Source: Sphagnum compactum (taxonomy: Eukaryota). Taken from it: a DNA stretch of 64,000 nucleotides. Position numbers and translations under genes: made by a program. The notes beneath the pieces were generated by a model. The model did not search any database, was not told the origin of the DNA, and saw nothing but the letters and a program-made list of their open reading frames with translations. This document shows positions 37,901 to 52,779 of the stretch, piece by piece. The stretch spans positions 4,216,001 through 4,280,000 of the forward strand of contig OZ234494.1 in NCBI GenBank assembly GCA_965153455.1, given 5' to 3'. The first letter of the stretch is position 1. Every line of letters begins with the position of its first letter.

Positions 37901-40900
37901 AAGATGAAGGCTGACTCCATTAAGTGCATAACATGTATTGTTCCTTACAAATCTATACAGCATCTTATAACAAAAAGTGATATAGGAGTTATACTGTACA
38001 ATCTGTTGACCATGGGAATTGGGCTGAGACATCATTAAAACAATTTCATTATTGTTTAAACAATGATTGACTGACCTCCAAATGTCCATGTTTTAACACC
38101 AATTTATCACATGCAAAATATGTACTTCCAGACATATGCCAAAAATTATCTCTGTAGCTTGAGATATTCATCTGTGTGCATGATGTGTGGGACAAATATC
38201 TGGCACTGGATATCTGCTCACTCTGTTTGCCAAGTGTTGATTGAATTTTTTGCAAATTCAAGAGTTAAACGAGCCAACACAGACTCATAGTTGGATAAGC
38301 AAAATGTGGTTTAAAAGGAAACAAAATACTGACCATAACCACGTGTAGCCCAAAATTGGTTCTCAGAATCAAATCCCCACCAATCACGATACCATGGGCC
38401 CCCATGAATTCGGAGTACCATTGGCAAATTTTGTGCCTGTAAACATCATCCCAGTCCTATCTTCAATATCTGTTCTAGTACCACTGGATGAATAGAGAGA
38501 GAGATAGTATTGACTCAGAGGATTGAGGTATAAGTACCTTGAGGCCTGGAGGCAATGTAAGATACACAAGAATGTCAAGATCATCTCGTGACTTCACCGT
38601 ATGGGGTAATGTATTTCCCAGTTCATACCTGCAACGAGCCAGCTTTTACTAATCAAAATGGGGTCAAAACCCCAAAAATTGGAATTTTCATAACACGTCT
38701 CATGGGTAAGGGATTACTAATCCATGAGATTTCAGAGAAAAATCCACGATAATACTTCAAAGGAAACTGTTATGTCAGTTCTGGGTGAACCAAAACAAAC
38801 ATGACAAAAAATGAGTGTGGTCATAACCTTCTGAGTATCACTCTAGACCATCACCTTCATCATGAATGGCAGTGACTAGCCACCATTACTTCCCATTGTC
38901 TATACCAGCTCCCAATGGTGGGTGTAGACAGTCATAGAACAATCTGCTCACAACTTTGGGCAAAGAATTCTACAAAAGTCTGCCTCCTGCATTTCTCCTA
39001 CATTTCCACAACAGTAAGACTCAGTTGTGATCTTGGCTAACACTCCAGAGACATAAGGAAATAACAAAAGTCAATAGTATCCTCATTTAAGCTGTGACAA
39101 GCTTGTGGATTCAAGGATCACTCCACAAATTTGGCAGGAGAAAAGACTCCAGCATTTTATGACATCCTGGTGATAAGCTAGAGATCCAAGTGAACATACT
39201 CTTTCAGCTTTGGATGATGAAGGAAGAGGAGTGAAAGTGTTTTAGACTCTCGGTCATACAGATAACTTTCTGAAGTCGCATTATCCTTTTCATATGTCAC
39301 CACCCACCTGCCCACCAACAATGCATAAAACAATTGCACAAAAGAAACTGGAAGATGAGACAGAAATCTTAGTACTGCATTCAAACAATCAACCAGAAAG
39401 GATTTTCCACACAAACTAGACTTGCAAACTTCATCAATCCTGTTCCACAGTGGATCCTCTGGTAGCCAATGCCCAGAGCTAAGCAACAATGGAGACCCAA
39501 AAAATTGATTGGTTCAGGCCTCTTAGCAGCTAAGTGAACTTCAGATAAAATGTTCTTCCACATACTTAGATGCAAAGTCTAATTCACTTCTGCATGTACA
39601 AAGTGATCCACTTCTGAACAAGAGAAACCGGTCAATTGACAAGGCAGAGAACCCACTTTTGATTTGAACGGTCACGACTGCCAATTGTCATCTGACCATC
39701 TTTGAAATTTGTAAGTAATTCAATGTCACCTTCAACACTGCAGGAATGCACATTGCACATGAAATTACTGCCATCAATCACAGTGAAGCTGGCAAAGAGT
39801 AGGCATATCAAATGATGTTTAATAAGTTCAGAACTGGTGAGCAGTAGCTAACAGGTCCTTGGAAAGAGGCTTCCATCAAGGCACTTCAATTGCAAAGAGG
39901 CCAATAAGAAATTCAGAATCACAACACCAAAATATAGACTCAATAGAATTTGAGCAATTCTGCTCTTGGGAAAGAGCTATCTGAAAGATGGTATTACATG
40001 TACAAAGATGGAATACAAGATCTTCCTGAGCCAACAAAGAGTTTTGAATACCCAACCTACTGTGGAGAGCTGTCCATTTGAGGGTGCCATAACAAAAGGC
40101 CACTGCAACATACTCCTTTGTACGGAAATCCATCAAAAGAACTTTTGATAGGTCAAATTTGAAAGGCATTAAATCGCTTTTAGGACTTGATGCAATGACT
40201 TGCTCCACTGACCCATCAGCTGTGTTTATCTGTAAATGTAGCACAAAGGGTTAAAAGTACAGAAAAAGCACTCGAGCAACAAAGCAAATGATCCTTGCAA
40301 GAGGACACCATGCATTGCGTGACAAACCAAGGAAGGTAAACTGTCAGCACTGGACTAACTTAATTGAGCACAGATGCTCATGATAGTGTCAAGATCATAC
40401 CAAGAGTAACTGAGTTGTTTCGGAGTTAAGAGATGACAAAATGTACATTTGCACTGGGTTTGCAGCAAATCCAACCTGCAAATTTCTCTTTCAGACGGCA
40501 ATCCCTTTTGCACTATCCTCTGTCAAATTGGGAGGACTTTCAAGCAGGAATGTAATGCTTAATTCCAACACATGATAACAAAAGAATCTCCAAGTGCGCG
40601 ATTAGCAGTAAGAGGCTTCTGTGCAAAACATTGTGCTGACAACAGTAAAGTCAATCCATGAAACAGTTTCATGCTTCAATGACAAAAGAGGAACATAAGG
40701 CTGCGGGCATTCCATTGTCACTTCACTGTTTATTAGCAAATTACCATGCTGCCTTGGTCTTCTGAGGACCACTGGCAGACCTCCTTCCATGGTGCATCAA
40801 TGGCATCCCGAACACGAATAGTGGAGCTCCCATCAGATAAGTCATAATGCAAAGCTCCCCGAATCTGGAACAAGCTGTCACAGAGCCAATCTGAAACATC

Positions 40901-42603
40901 TCCTGGATTTTGAGTGTCAAGAACTGCCTCTCCTGTCCGTATATTCACTTTATACTGCACAAAGCCATGCACAAGTGGATCATTTTTTAAGTGCAAGGTG
41001 AAAATAACAAGGCAATCTGCCTTTTCCAGTGGTTCATTTGTAAAGCTAAGTTCATTAGATACATTACACCATCTTGAAACACAGTTTTTCACCAGAATGT
41101 GACCTTTTACACTGGAAAGCTTAACCTTTTTCCCAGATGCAGTTGTTCTCCAAAATTCACTGCTTTTGGATCAAGTCAGAGGACATTTTGTTTGGAGATT
41201 CCTAAAGGTGTAAAGAGGAAAGTTCCTAACCACATCAAAATCTGTCTTGTTGCATATGTTCATGCAAATACAAATATCATAGGGGTATAGGCCACTGATA
41301 CTGCTTGGTATAATTTTGGAATGCACATTGTCATATGGTGTCAAATCCCGAATTTGCCCTGTTGCCAACTCCACTGCATAATGATGAAAATTCTCATCCC
41401 CTGTTTTCCATGTTTCCATCAGTTCACACTTCAAAAAGATACCATAAGATTGTATCCAAAAGTAAACCATAAAGTCCAGACCCAAAAATATTGTGTATGT
41501 GTATTGCATTCTCACTACGGTTTCTTTTCTAGGAGCTGCTGAATATCAATCACAACCTCAGGAAGATCTCCAATTCACTTCAGCTTTCCAACCTGCACCA
41601 TGTCACTGATCTTAATTAACCCTAACATGACGTCTAAGTCATCCTGCTTATGCATCTGGCTTAGAAGGAAGATGCGTGTTGTGTTGCATTAGCTTTATAC
41701 CTCCATTATCTTGCTTGTAGATGATGTATTCAGATGATGGATTCCAAATATACCAGTGGATCTGTAAAACCACAATCTTGAACTTGAAATAGATAACAAG
41801 AAAAATTGTATGAAAATTTTTACTCAAGAAATCTGGTCCACAAGGGATGGAACAAAAAACAGTAAAGGGTCAAGAAATCACCCCACGGTGTGTTTCATTT
41901 GTCACCATTTTTGCCTCCTCTTCTGTTCCATTAATTGGCCGAACCCACTAAGTAATACAGCAGGAAAAACATAACTCCAAGTTAGCTTTTGCAGCTTGGC
42001 ATTCACAAGGAGCTTCAAGCTCTGAGTCCATCAACATGAGTCCATGGTAAGGAGAAAGTAGTCAACACATGTCTGTGTTATTCACAAATGAAAATGCTCT
42101 CACCAAGTTGGAACCTACCACATTGCTAACTTCCACCGCAGATGGACCTAGGTAAGCCAGAAACTGGCCATCAGATGACAACCGTGCCTGTTCCTTTTGT
42201 GGTGCAAACAAAACCTCCATCGGTACTGGTACTGGACACATACAAACATTCATCCCAGAACATCATTGTCAAAAGATTCCTAAGAACTGTAGTTAAACTA
42301 TTTGATATCCTGCTCATGTCGGAGAACTCATTCCTTCAGGCCTAATGGAATCTTTAAAACAAGTACACATGCATGCTGCAAGGACGTCAATGACTTCTGC
42401 AGCATTCAAAACAGAATTCCAAACTAAAAGCTGGAGATATCCCTTTGGTTGGAGTGTGCCTACTTTCTGAAAAACTGCAAGTTACAAAGGAATGATGTCA
42501 ACCAAGATTTGACCACAACTCAACAGGAGAATTTAAGAATATACAGCTGAACATCACCTTTCCTGTTGTTTTCTGCATTCTTCTGCAAGTTGGGGATTGC
42601 CAT
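34990..42603 (-). CDS. S9-family serine peptidase (dipeptidyl/acylaminoacyl peptidase-like), many small exons
   Basis: MAIPNLQ..|[84 protein letters not shown], nucleophile [21 protein letters not shown], stop at 34990-34992. The catalytic Ser/Asp/His triad is intact. The start is inferred from splice phase. Confidence 0.88.
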
Positions 42604-43399
42604 TTTCCAGCACTAAGATTTCCTGCTGAAATCGGTCTGCATTGTTGGGAGATAGGTCCCCCATAGCCACAGTCATCAACCACAGGAAAGGCATTTTAGA
42701 GAGTTAGAATTGCTTGCAAAACCCATCTCAGAAGCTCACCACCGTGACTAACCTGATAGTTGAAAGCCTGACACTGACTCTGCAACTGTGCTTTGCAAGA
42801 CCTTGATGGCAGAGGACTCTGAAAAATCAAAAGCAAGGGATTATGAGGATTCACTAGCTTGCAAAATTTTGTATGCATCAATCTTCAGGCATTCATTCTT
42901 GCACCAATCAAACCAAACCCACAATACCAATGGATCCAAAAGAACTCTCCAGGCAGATCTCTACTTCAAGAATACTAAAACCAATTTAAGAGAATTTTTA
43001 TGCAACGCAAACCCAAGAATCAAACCGTTCAAGCAATGGAGTATAGACAGGTAGAAGCAGTGTAACAAAACTCATGTCAATAAGCACGATCCGTCGGATA
43101 GTTTTACAATCATTGGACACTAAGAGCATCCCGAGCGGTGCTCAGTACGGGACCCTGCAAAAATATTTCTCACGTCCAAGTATAGTGTGCAGGGTCCAGT
43201 TTCTCCAGTTCTCCAGTGACTAAAGACTCTTCTGTTGTTGCTGGCGATGCTCTAATAGAGATTTCCATCAACCCCCAGACGGCATTCTTGGAAGGAGTTA
43301 AACCTACCGTCGAAGAGAAAGTAGTACGTCGGAAATTCCAGACAAAGCCTGTAGCAGGAGAGAGAGGGTGGACCACGCCGTTAGAGAGAAGAGCGTTTC

Positions 43400-44110
43400 T
43401 TCTTGATTTCCTTCCGCATGTATTATTCTCTTTTTTTGTCAATGTAATCCTTGCATCATCTGTTCCAAAAAAACGAAAACCAAAAAGAAAAATTACAAAG
43501 AGGGTGAAGAGAAAGAGAAAACTGAATTGTTGTAACGAAGAGAAGGAAGAAGAAAACAAACCAATCAGAACTGGAAGTATGGAGAGCTGCAAAACAACAA
43601 CAACAGAAGAGTCTTTTTGTCGCTGCTTCGGAGACTTTTTTTCTTTGTATTTTCTTTCGTCAATGTAGTCCTTGGACCTGTTCTAAAAACGACAAACCAA
43701 AAAGATAAATTACACAGAGAGAGAGAGAGAGAGAGAGAGAAGACAAGTAAAATAGTAATCAAGACAAGGAAGAAGCAACAAACCAATATCCTTGATGAGA
43801 AGCGCTGAACGTGGACAACTGGAGAACTGCAAAGTAGCAACAACAACAACAGAAGAGTCTTTAGTCACTGCTCCGGAGACTTATCTTTGCATTTTCTTTG
43901 CATCATCTGTTCCACAAACGAAAACCAAAAAGAAAAATGAGAGAGAGAGAGAGAGAGAGAAGATCAAGAGAAACAGAGAACAGAAGTAAAAATAGTAACC
44001 AAGAAAAACAAACAAACAAACCAGTATGTTTGATGAGAAGCGCAGGAGGTGGAAGAGGAACTGCAAAACAACACCACCACCGCCACAACCAGAAGAGAGT
44101 CTTCCATCGC
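43400..44110. repeat. Degenerate tandem repeat of about 245 bp (about 3 units) containing (GA)n
   Basis: (caa)n-cagaagagtct recurs at about 43595, 43840 and 44085; tgcatcatctgttcca at about 43452 and 43899; (GA)n at about 43715 and 43939. Confidence 0.7.
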
Positions 44111-47100
44111 TCCATCGAAGCCTTGGGCACTGCAGCAAGTGCGTCGTGCGTCAGTCAGCTGCACATGTGAAATTGGGAATCATGCAGAGTGGCGAGTTTA
44201 TATAGGCAAAATGGTATATTAGAATTTTAAATGCTAAAAATTTCTGGTTATAGAGGTGGTTTTCAATAGCCATAATTCCCCAAAAATCGAAAAATTTGTC
44301 AGATTTCTATACTCATTTCAAGTAAGTAACCAAATATACATATTGGAAAATTACTTACATATTTATTTTGTAGCCCAAATCTGGCTAAATCTTCCTGTGC
44401 ATCATGGTCACTTTGGCTACGACACACAATTGCCATTAAAAAAATTAAGTAAGAAAAAAAAACGCTGAGTAGTAGTAGTAGTAGCAGCAGCTAGAGAGCA
44501 AGATGCTGCATTAAATTATGGGAAGAAATTGAATGCGAGCAACAAGGGCAGTTATTATGGATTCCAGGAGAGAAAACACAAAGACTTCAGTTTTTGTCGT
44601 TAATTTTAAGAAACAACAACTTCACGCGCGACAAACGCGAAGAAGACATGAATGAATGAATGCACATGGGCGGGGGAGAGAGGGGAGGAGGGAGTTCAAT
44701 TTTCAACCAAATGTTAATAAAATTTTCTCTTTGTTTTCTGGCTACAGATCTTTTGTGAATTATTTTGTGTCAAAAATATCAGTTGTAGTAGGTACAATAT
44801 GCATCAACAAAAACAAAACCCCCCCCCACCCCCCCCCCCCCCCAAAAAGTAAAATACAATATCCCTGCATTGTAGTAGTACCTTGGTAGTAGCTTCAATG
44901 GACGTCTATTGAATAATCAATTCAATCAATCAATCAATTAATTAATTAATTAATTTTGGAATTTTCATTTTGACAAATAAACGTTTTTGAAGATTAAATG
45001 TTTTCCTTCACATTGATTGTTATTGGAAAAATAAAAAATAAAAAAAATCAGAATTTCAACATTTCTGAAAGTAATATAGTTAGCATCGAAGCTGCCAAGG
45101 TAAGTAAGGGTATTTTGAGTGGAAAAACTAATAACTTTTATCACCCAACACTTAAACTCTATTTCTTGATAAAAAAATGTTAACAAATGTTTTTAGAATC
45201 TCATATACTTTACCCAAGTGTTAGTTTCATCATTAAATAATCCTTGACATAGTGAAAGAAAAAAAATTTTGGGTGAGAATATGAAGTCGAGGTGTTGAAA
45301 ACCATTATAATTTTGACAAGCAAAAAAATATGATCATAATTTGATACTATCATAGGTAGTAGTAGATCATGGATTAGTTATAAAGTCTGTTTTTTTTTTT
45401 TTGGCTTTGTCTTTGGCATAGGCATTATGAGAACTCTTTCTGAGTTTTTGAGGGGGGGCTAGGGCTAAATGCATGCATCAGGCTCCACAACATTTATAAC
45501 TACACTACACATAGCAACACTACAGTACACAGAAAGGACAGGGCAAAACTCAGTTTAGGTCCAAATTTGCTGCTAAACTGAGTTTCATGCCCCGTTGAAG
45601 CCCAGTGGACTTTTTTTTTTGGGGCCCCTGTTGTTTTGAAATCTCATCCCCTATGTGACCAAACAGGGGGGTTCCAGTGCCGTCTTTTGCTGACTTTACG
45701 GATAACTTTAATATACAAAGTTACTAATTTAGGTGTGGGTCTTCCTCTTTTTGGAGTTGGATGGGTTGGGATAAGGTTATAATTGGAAGGGGAAGAGTGG
45801 GTTTTTTTTTTTTTTTTAAAGGGATTTTTTTTGGATAGGTATTGGGAATTGAGTGGATCTTTGTCTTTATGAGAGGTGTGCTTTTTTAGGGTTTTGGGCT
45901 TGTTAATTTTTAGGTGGCATGGGAGGGTAAAGTTTTGGTTGTTTAAAAAAGGTGTAGGGGGTTGAGGTTTTTTTCCCTTTCCTATTATCCCTAAAGGTTA
46001 TTTCTTGTGTGGAGTGAGGTGGGGTCGGGCCAGTTACGGTGTGGGATTTTTCCTTTTTCCGTCCATTTTCCAAGGTGGAGATGGGAGGAGTGTTTATTTG
46101 GGGGAAGGGGTCTTAGGGACTTCTTTTTTCTCTATTTTGCAAAGGGAATTTTTTTTGGAGGAACGTGGAGATTTGGTTGTTTTTAAGGGGAGAGGCGAAT
46201 TGGCCAAGACGATCTCAAATATGCTATATTATTTTTATAATATTTTTAAAGATAAAAACTTGTAAATTGACTGCATTTTTTGTTTGAAGTCAATTTGGTA
46301 CATTTTTGTAGCATGTTTTTTATAATAAAAATTCAACCCCTCCTTGTAAAACCAAAAACTTTAAACCCATTAATTTGACTTCATGTAAAACATTATTTTA
46401 AGATAGACCCTTTCATGGGAGAGTTATGTGTTTTTTAAACATTATTCATTTTGTTTATGAGAATTCTATAATCTACCCCTAGGCTAGGATGAGTACCACA
46501 CAAGCACACACCTTCTTCTTGAGCAAACAGAAAAAATGAAAAATCCACAAGGTTTTTTTTTCTCAATTCTATGATCTCAAAAATTACCCCCAAAATTAGC
46601 AAAACTAGTCAAATTTACACTAGAAAAAATCCCAATTATTTGCCACCCCAACCCCCACCCCAAACAAACAAAGAGAGAGACAAAAATTTGTCAGAGAAAA
46701 TTAATCATGGGGTAGCCTATTGAGAAGATGAACATTGAGGAGAAGAAATGAGATGTCGGCATTGATGAAAGGTAATGTTAGGTGGAAGGTTTTGTAACCA
46801 TGTTAGGTTAAAGCTGTTTTTTTCCTTTTCTTTTGTAAAGCTTTTTGTAGCCCTGCTGGTAGGTGAGCTTTGATGCAGGTGAGCTGTTGTTTTGTAAGCT
46901 TTTTTGTTTTGCTTTAGACAGAAGATTGGGGGGGGGGTATGGGGGGTTAATTTTTTCTCCATTACTACTTAGGTCCCACAAAGTGACAGTGAAGGAAACA
47001 TTAGTTAATTAATGATTCATGCAGTCTTGAATGGTTGTCTTTTATTGTCGTACCTACCAGTGATAATAAATAAATAGACAGCTTCTTTTGTCAAAATGTC

Positions 47101-48231
47101 TAATTATGTAAAGATGAAAGGGTCCAATAGCCCCCAACATTATATGTGCACATACTTGTTATTGTTGGGAGAAGAACGGGGCACTTAAAAGGACTGTCAG
47201 ACCGGGTTTGGTTCTGGGTTTTTTCGACTGATGTGCTGGTTCGCTGCTTTGTTAAAATCGGTCAGAGTGAACCAGCACCCACCAGTGCACCAATGTGGAT
47301 GGATGGTGCACTCATGGGTGTACCCTTTTTCGTCCCTCCCTGTCCCTGGGCTAACCAATGTGCCGAACTCGAGTTGACCTTTTTTTTTCCTTTTTTTGGG
47401 AACGTTTTTTTTCCCTCACCCCTCACGCCCGCCCACGTCTCACCTACCTACCTACCTTTAAACTACTAGCTATGCACTCTGGCCTCCTCCCTCCCCCACC
47501 TACCTACCTTCCCATCAACCTGTCTACTTATGCACCTACACACTAGATCTCCACACAGGCAATGATGATGTAGGTTGATGAAGGTATTGCAATATAGCAT
47601 GTAGGTTGTTGCTTCATTCTCTTTACTACCTACCTACCTACTAGACCATGTAACTTTATGATTGTGGAAAATAATGTTGCAATGATCCAATTGAAGGTAT
47701 TGCAATTAAACTAGATTTCTTTTCTATAACTTTATAAAACTCAACAATTATATCACATATGAAGGTATTGCAAATCCACTTGATATCTATACTCAAGCCA
47801 CATCAATCCACTCATGTAACCGTTCTTGCAATACCCTTATTGAACTTATCAATTATTAGATTTCGAACTCATTTCATACCCTTAGCATAACTTGCAAAAT
47901 TAATTAATCATCCATCACATTGCCTTCATAAGAGTAGTTCACACCCACTAAATGATTTTTATTGAAATGCAATACTTCCAGGGCAAAGGGAAAATATCAT
48001 ATTGCACATTATTTCTTTTTTCAATAGCCTCATCAAATTAATGCATGAGGTCAATAAATTTACTATAATGAATACCTTCAATCTTATTAAACTACTTTCA
48101 TTTCATCTAATTGAACAATGCAATACCCAAAGGACACATTGAAATAACATATTCAACCTAATGCCCATGTGCATTACCCTCATCAAGGTAATGGAATTGC
48201 ACTAGATCATTTTATTGTTTTGCAATAAACA

Positions 48232-48383
48232 TTACTACAAAATCTGAAAGTAGTTCATTAGTCCATGTTCACTAGACCAATGAATTCACTACTTCTTCAC
48301 TGGTCCCTATTCACTACAACCAATGGATTCATTCAAAATCCAATGAAATAACTTGGCATACAGGGACACCATTTGTTGTAATG
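48232..48383 (-). mobile_element. Small non-autonomous CACTA-ended element, decayed copy
   Basis: Reverse-complement homolog of 61291-61401 (cttggcatacagggacaccatttgttgtaatg). Confidence 0.5.
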
Positions 48384-50866
48384 AAACAAGTAGGCCTAGT
48401 TATAACTATTTTATCTCATTTATTTCATATGTGCAATACCCTATGGACACATTGACAATGTAATATCCAACCCAATTCACACATGCATTACCCTCATCAA
48501 AGTAATGCAAATGCAATGGATTATTTTGTTGTTATGCAATACTCATGCCAAAATAACATATTTCACTTCATTTGATTCAAAAATGCAATTACTAGATTAT
48601 TTTGGTCTTATGCAATAGCTTCATGCCTAGGGTATATTTCATATCATCTAATTGAACAATGCAATACCCTATGGATACATTCACAATATCATATCCAACC
48701 AATTCAGCCATGCATTATTTTCATTAGAATGATGTAATACCTAAAGACAAAATACAAATATCATATCCAACCATATTCACATTTACATTACCTTCAGTAG
48801 GGTAATGCATATCCTCTAGACCATTTTGGTGTTTCACAATACCTTTAGGCCAATTGAAATTATTTCATTTTGTTTATTTCAACAATGCAATACCTTGAAG
48901 ACATATTGGAAATAACTTATGTTGGCCCAATGTGCAATACCTTAATATGGGTGTTAAGCAATATTTAATTGTGGCCTCACATAATACTAAAGTAAAAAAA
49001 TCTAGTTTAATTGCAATACATTTATTTGGTTTACCCTATTCCTATTAAGGTTATACGATACCATCTTGGGTGTAATAAGGTTAAGTTTGGGGTTTAAGGT
49101 ATTGCATGGACCAAAAAACAATCAAAGCCTATGCAATATTGTTATGAGTATATTAAGTTTAAGGATAGGGTTGATGAAATGAATATGTTTTGTCTTGTCT
49201 CGAGGGCATTGCATAACAAAAGTGTAAATGCAATACCCTCATCATGCATATATAAACATATCAAAATTCTAACTATGAAATAAAGGATTTTTTTATGATG
49301 AAAGTAATGCACAAAATCATGCCTTTAGGCTTTAATAACTTCCACAAAAATGTATAAACTATAATTACAATATCCTCATGTATTAACAATACATCCAATC
49401 AATTTTTTGTTCAATGCAAGATGCACATACACTATATATGGATCTTAATAACCTTCTTTATGTACAAATAAAATTCAAAACTTTTATAAGTAGATATATT
49501 TACATACATAAGTAGATACATTCATTTCCAAGGTCAATGGGTTATATCCATGGAGGTTAAATTAATCTAAAAATGTGGCATGGAAAATTCATGGATGCCA
49601 TATGCATGGTACAAAATGTGTATTAGTCCAAAAATGGAATGTCAAACTAATTGATCTCACCCTCACTCTCACTAGAATTCTCATTAATATATTTCAATGA
49701 TAATCCATTTGCACTCTGATAATGTGCCACGGCATTTTGTGCAAATTGAACATATTGTTAGGTATATATTTGCTAGCTTGCCAAAATTATCTTCACCAAA
49801 TCAACTGTGAAGGCCTCCTTGGTGGTATTTTGAATCCTAAAGTGGACATACACACAAACTAATGAGTATAATTTTGGAAACACATGTTTGAAACACAATA
49901 CAAATTTGAAGTGAAAATTGAATGTGATGGAACTTACTGGCCATGAATCATCTCCAATTCATGGTGATTACCAAGTCAAATGATCTCCTTTTCACGTTCC
50001 TTTTTAGATGAAGATCTTGTCCAATTTTGGCTATCCCAAACATCTCTAAATCCCTTTGCATACGAGACAATATTAGCCCAAATTAAACCGGCAAGATTCT
50101 CATCCCTCTTTAGTTTAGTCATTACATGGGGAGGATATCCCACACCCCATGTTGGAATGCTTAATAAAGTGAGCAACTTGAAAGAAGCGACTTTTACCAA
50201 TGTGCACATCAATTTCAATTTTATTCATAGTCCATTTTCCACAAGTGATCCCATTCACATGTGGCATGGGTCTTTGTTCGAACAATTGCCCAACACACAA
50301 AAGAGGAGTTTACCTTTTCCCACACACACACAAAAAAAAAACAAAAAGAAAAATAAAAATAAAAAACCCCAAAAACAGTATTGAGAAAAACAAAAAAAAA
50401 CCAACAAAAAAAGAAATAACTAATATTTTCAAAAGTTACACAAAACAAAAAATAAAATAAAAATAAAAATAATTAACAAATTAAAAAAACAAGAGAATTT
50501 GAAAAAACAAGAAAAAAAAACCAAAAGAAAAATTCAAACCCCCACAAAAATTATTTAAAAACCATTTCAAATAACAAGAAAAAATAAAAAAGAGATAAAT
50601 ATTAACTAGAAATAAAACCAAAAATATAAAACCAAAAATTTCAAGAACTACAAAAATCAAAAAATCAAAAAAAAAAAAAATCCAAAAAAAAACTAGGAAA
50701 AAATATTTTTTAAACTCTAAAAATATATGTATTAAGAAAACCAACAAAAACTAAAAAAACAAGATAGATTTTTTTGAATTACAGAAAATTAAAACAACAA
50801 ATAAAATAATAAGTACTGTCAAAAAATACTTTCACTTTAGAATTTTCCTAAGATTGTTTTGCCATT

Positions 50867-51180
50867 TGTCATGCCCGTATGCATGGCCTCATATATGACA
50901 GCCGGTTATGGGCATGCCACTCATGCCTTTTAGGGTTAATGTATGCTCTTAAGGTTAATATACCCTTAAGTTATTGTACACTATTAAGTGTTTAGGGTTT
51001 CAGCTTGTTGGCGGCTATATAAAAGGTCAAGTTCTTCCCTTCTTTTCTTAGTTTTTCTAGAATTCCTTTGTCAAAGAAAGTTTCTTCCATAGTCAGATTG
51101 GATTTCTAGATGTTCACGGAGGCCATTACATAGCCAGCGTTTACATACACTTCTTTTCTTTCCTTCTTTGCAATTTTAAT
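50867..51180 (+). repeat. Terminal repeat A1 (contains TATATAAAAGG)
   Basis: Direct repeat of 59042-59338; similarity ends at ...GCAATTTTAAT. Confidence 0.92.
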
Positions 51181-51257
51181 TCTTGAAAAACTACTCTCTA
51201 TTGCTTAGTGTTGAAAGCGGCAGATTTTTCTTGGTTGTGATATTTTGGGTTTCTTTT

Positions 51258-52600
51258 TAACAGCATCTGATCAGCATCGTCTATCCTTTGACATACCTAA
51301 CATGGATAGTCAAATGGAAGAATCAAAGTCGACATGATGATGGTAAGATTTAAATTCGGTAGGTGGCAAGGTGCATAGTTTTTGGAGTGATCCCGAATTG
51401 TGCGTTCATCAGCTCCTTGTAACTCCAACACACCTGAAGGCCTAATCGCCTTAATCCTCAAAATAGTGCGACCGGAAAAAGTGTTTAGAATATCATTAGG
51501 TTGCCGCTTGAAATACACAAAATCACCAACATCAAATTGTTTCACCTTAAGTTTGTAACTGCCACCTTGTGTGTGTGCATATCGTAAGGTGTCTCGATGC
51601 TATGCAATGGACAAGTTCTCCATGGCCATGGGCATAACCTTTTTGAATAGAGCAGCCCTCTTTGCGATGACCCTAGCCCAAATGGCTGGGGAGTCCAAGT
51701 CCACAACCTAGTCCATTTGAGCAATAATGGAAGAGGGTGGAATGGGATGTCTCCCAAAAAGTAGAAAGTAAGGAGAGAAATGAAACAAGAGGTGTTTGGA
51801 CATCTTGTAACCCATGGCGATGTAAAGTAGGGCCAAGTCCCAATCCTCTTTATTCCTAGTGAAGAAAATCTTCCGAAATACCTTCTTGCATGTCTGAACC
51901 ATCCTCTCTGCAAGGCCATCATGAACTTGGGGATGATCCCTTGAAGTTCGGCGATGGTCAATGAGAGCATGGTCAAGTAGGTCTTGGAATTCTCTTCTGA
52001 ATTCTGATCCTTGATCAATAAGGCACTCAGCACAAGCCCTAAACCTACTTAGGACCTATTGTAAGAAAGCCTGGCTGGTGCTGTGTGATGATTTGTCTGG
52101 CAACGCAACAAGCTCGACCCACTTTGAAAAAAGCTCAATCATAATCATGATGTAGACATTACCCCTGGAGGTTTGTGGTAACTCTCAAGCTAAATCACAT
52201 GACCAGCAATAAAACATGCCTTGAATAGGAAGTGGAGAAAGCGTGAGCTGTCGAAATGAGAAGGAAGTTTTCACTCTATCACATTGTTCACACCTAACAA
52301 TGATGTCTCAAACTTGAGCATACATACTTCTCCAATGGTAATGAGGAGCGAGAAGGCTATAAGTACGCTTAACTCCAAAATGCCCAAGCTCCGAGTGTAC
52401 CTTCTAAATAAGACCAGGCCGTTCATGTGGTGGAGGAACCACTTTGTCGCCTTGTGGTAAGCATCGGACGAGGTGATTATCCTTCCATGAGTAGCGTTTG
52501 GACCGATGTTGTATGTGATCCCGATGACTTGATGTAACTTGGGAGGGTATTCCCCATGCTGAAGATTCTTCAGAATGTCCAAGTCCTCCCATATATCCAC
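51258..52600 (-). pseudogene. DDE integrase with C-terminal extension and the first half of a PHD finger
   Basis: HSELGHFGVKRTY..HYHW (HHCC zinc region), core with DQGSEF-like and ERMVQTCKK segments, FSPYFLLFGRHP, FDVGDFVY, then YPC*VCQRIDDADQMLL. Frameshifted. Confidence 0.88.
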
Positions 52601-52779
52601 AATGGGATGTTCAACCAGGTTACATTGTAATAGTGCAAGATAACTAGATGCATAAGATACATGTACTGCTGGAATCTAGTCGAAGTCTTGCCTGACTTCT
52701 AAGAAATTTTCAAAGGTAGTGAGGGGTCTCTGCGACATGGTATCCGTGTTCTGATGTGTAATACCAGGTCAGTGAATAA

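Noticed and set aside
43170-44170. Long ORFs on both strands
   Set aside because: They arise from low-complexity GA/CAA repeats; no recognisable domain.
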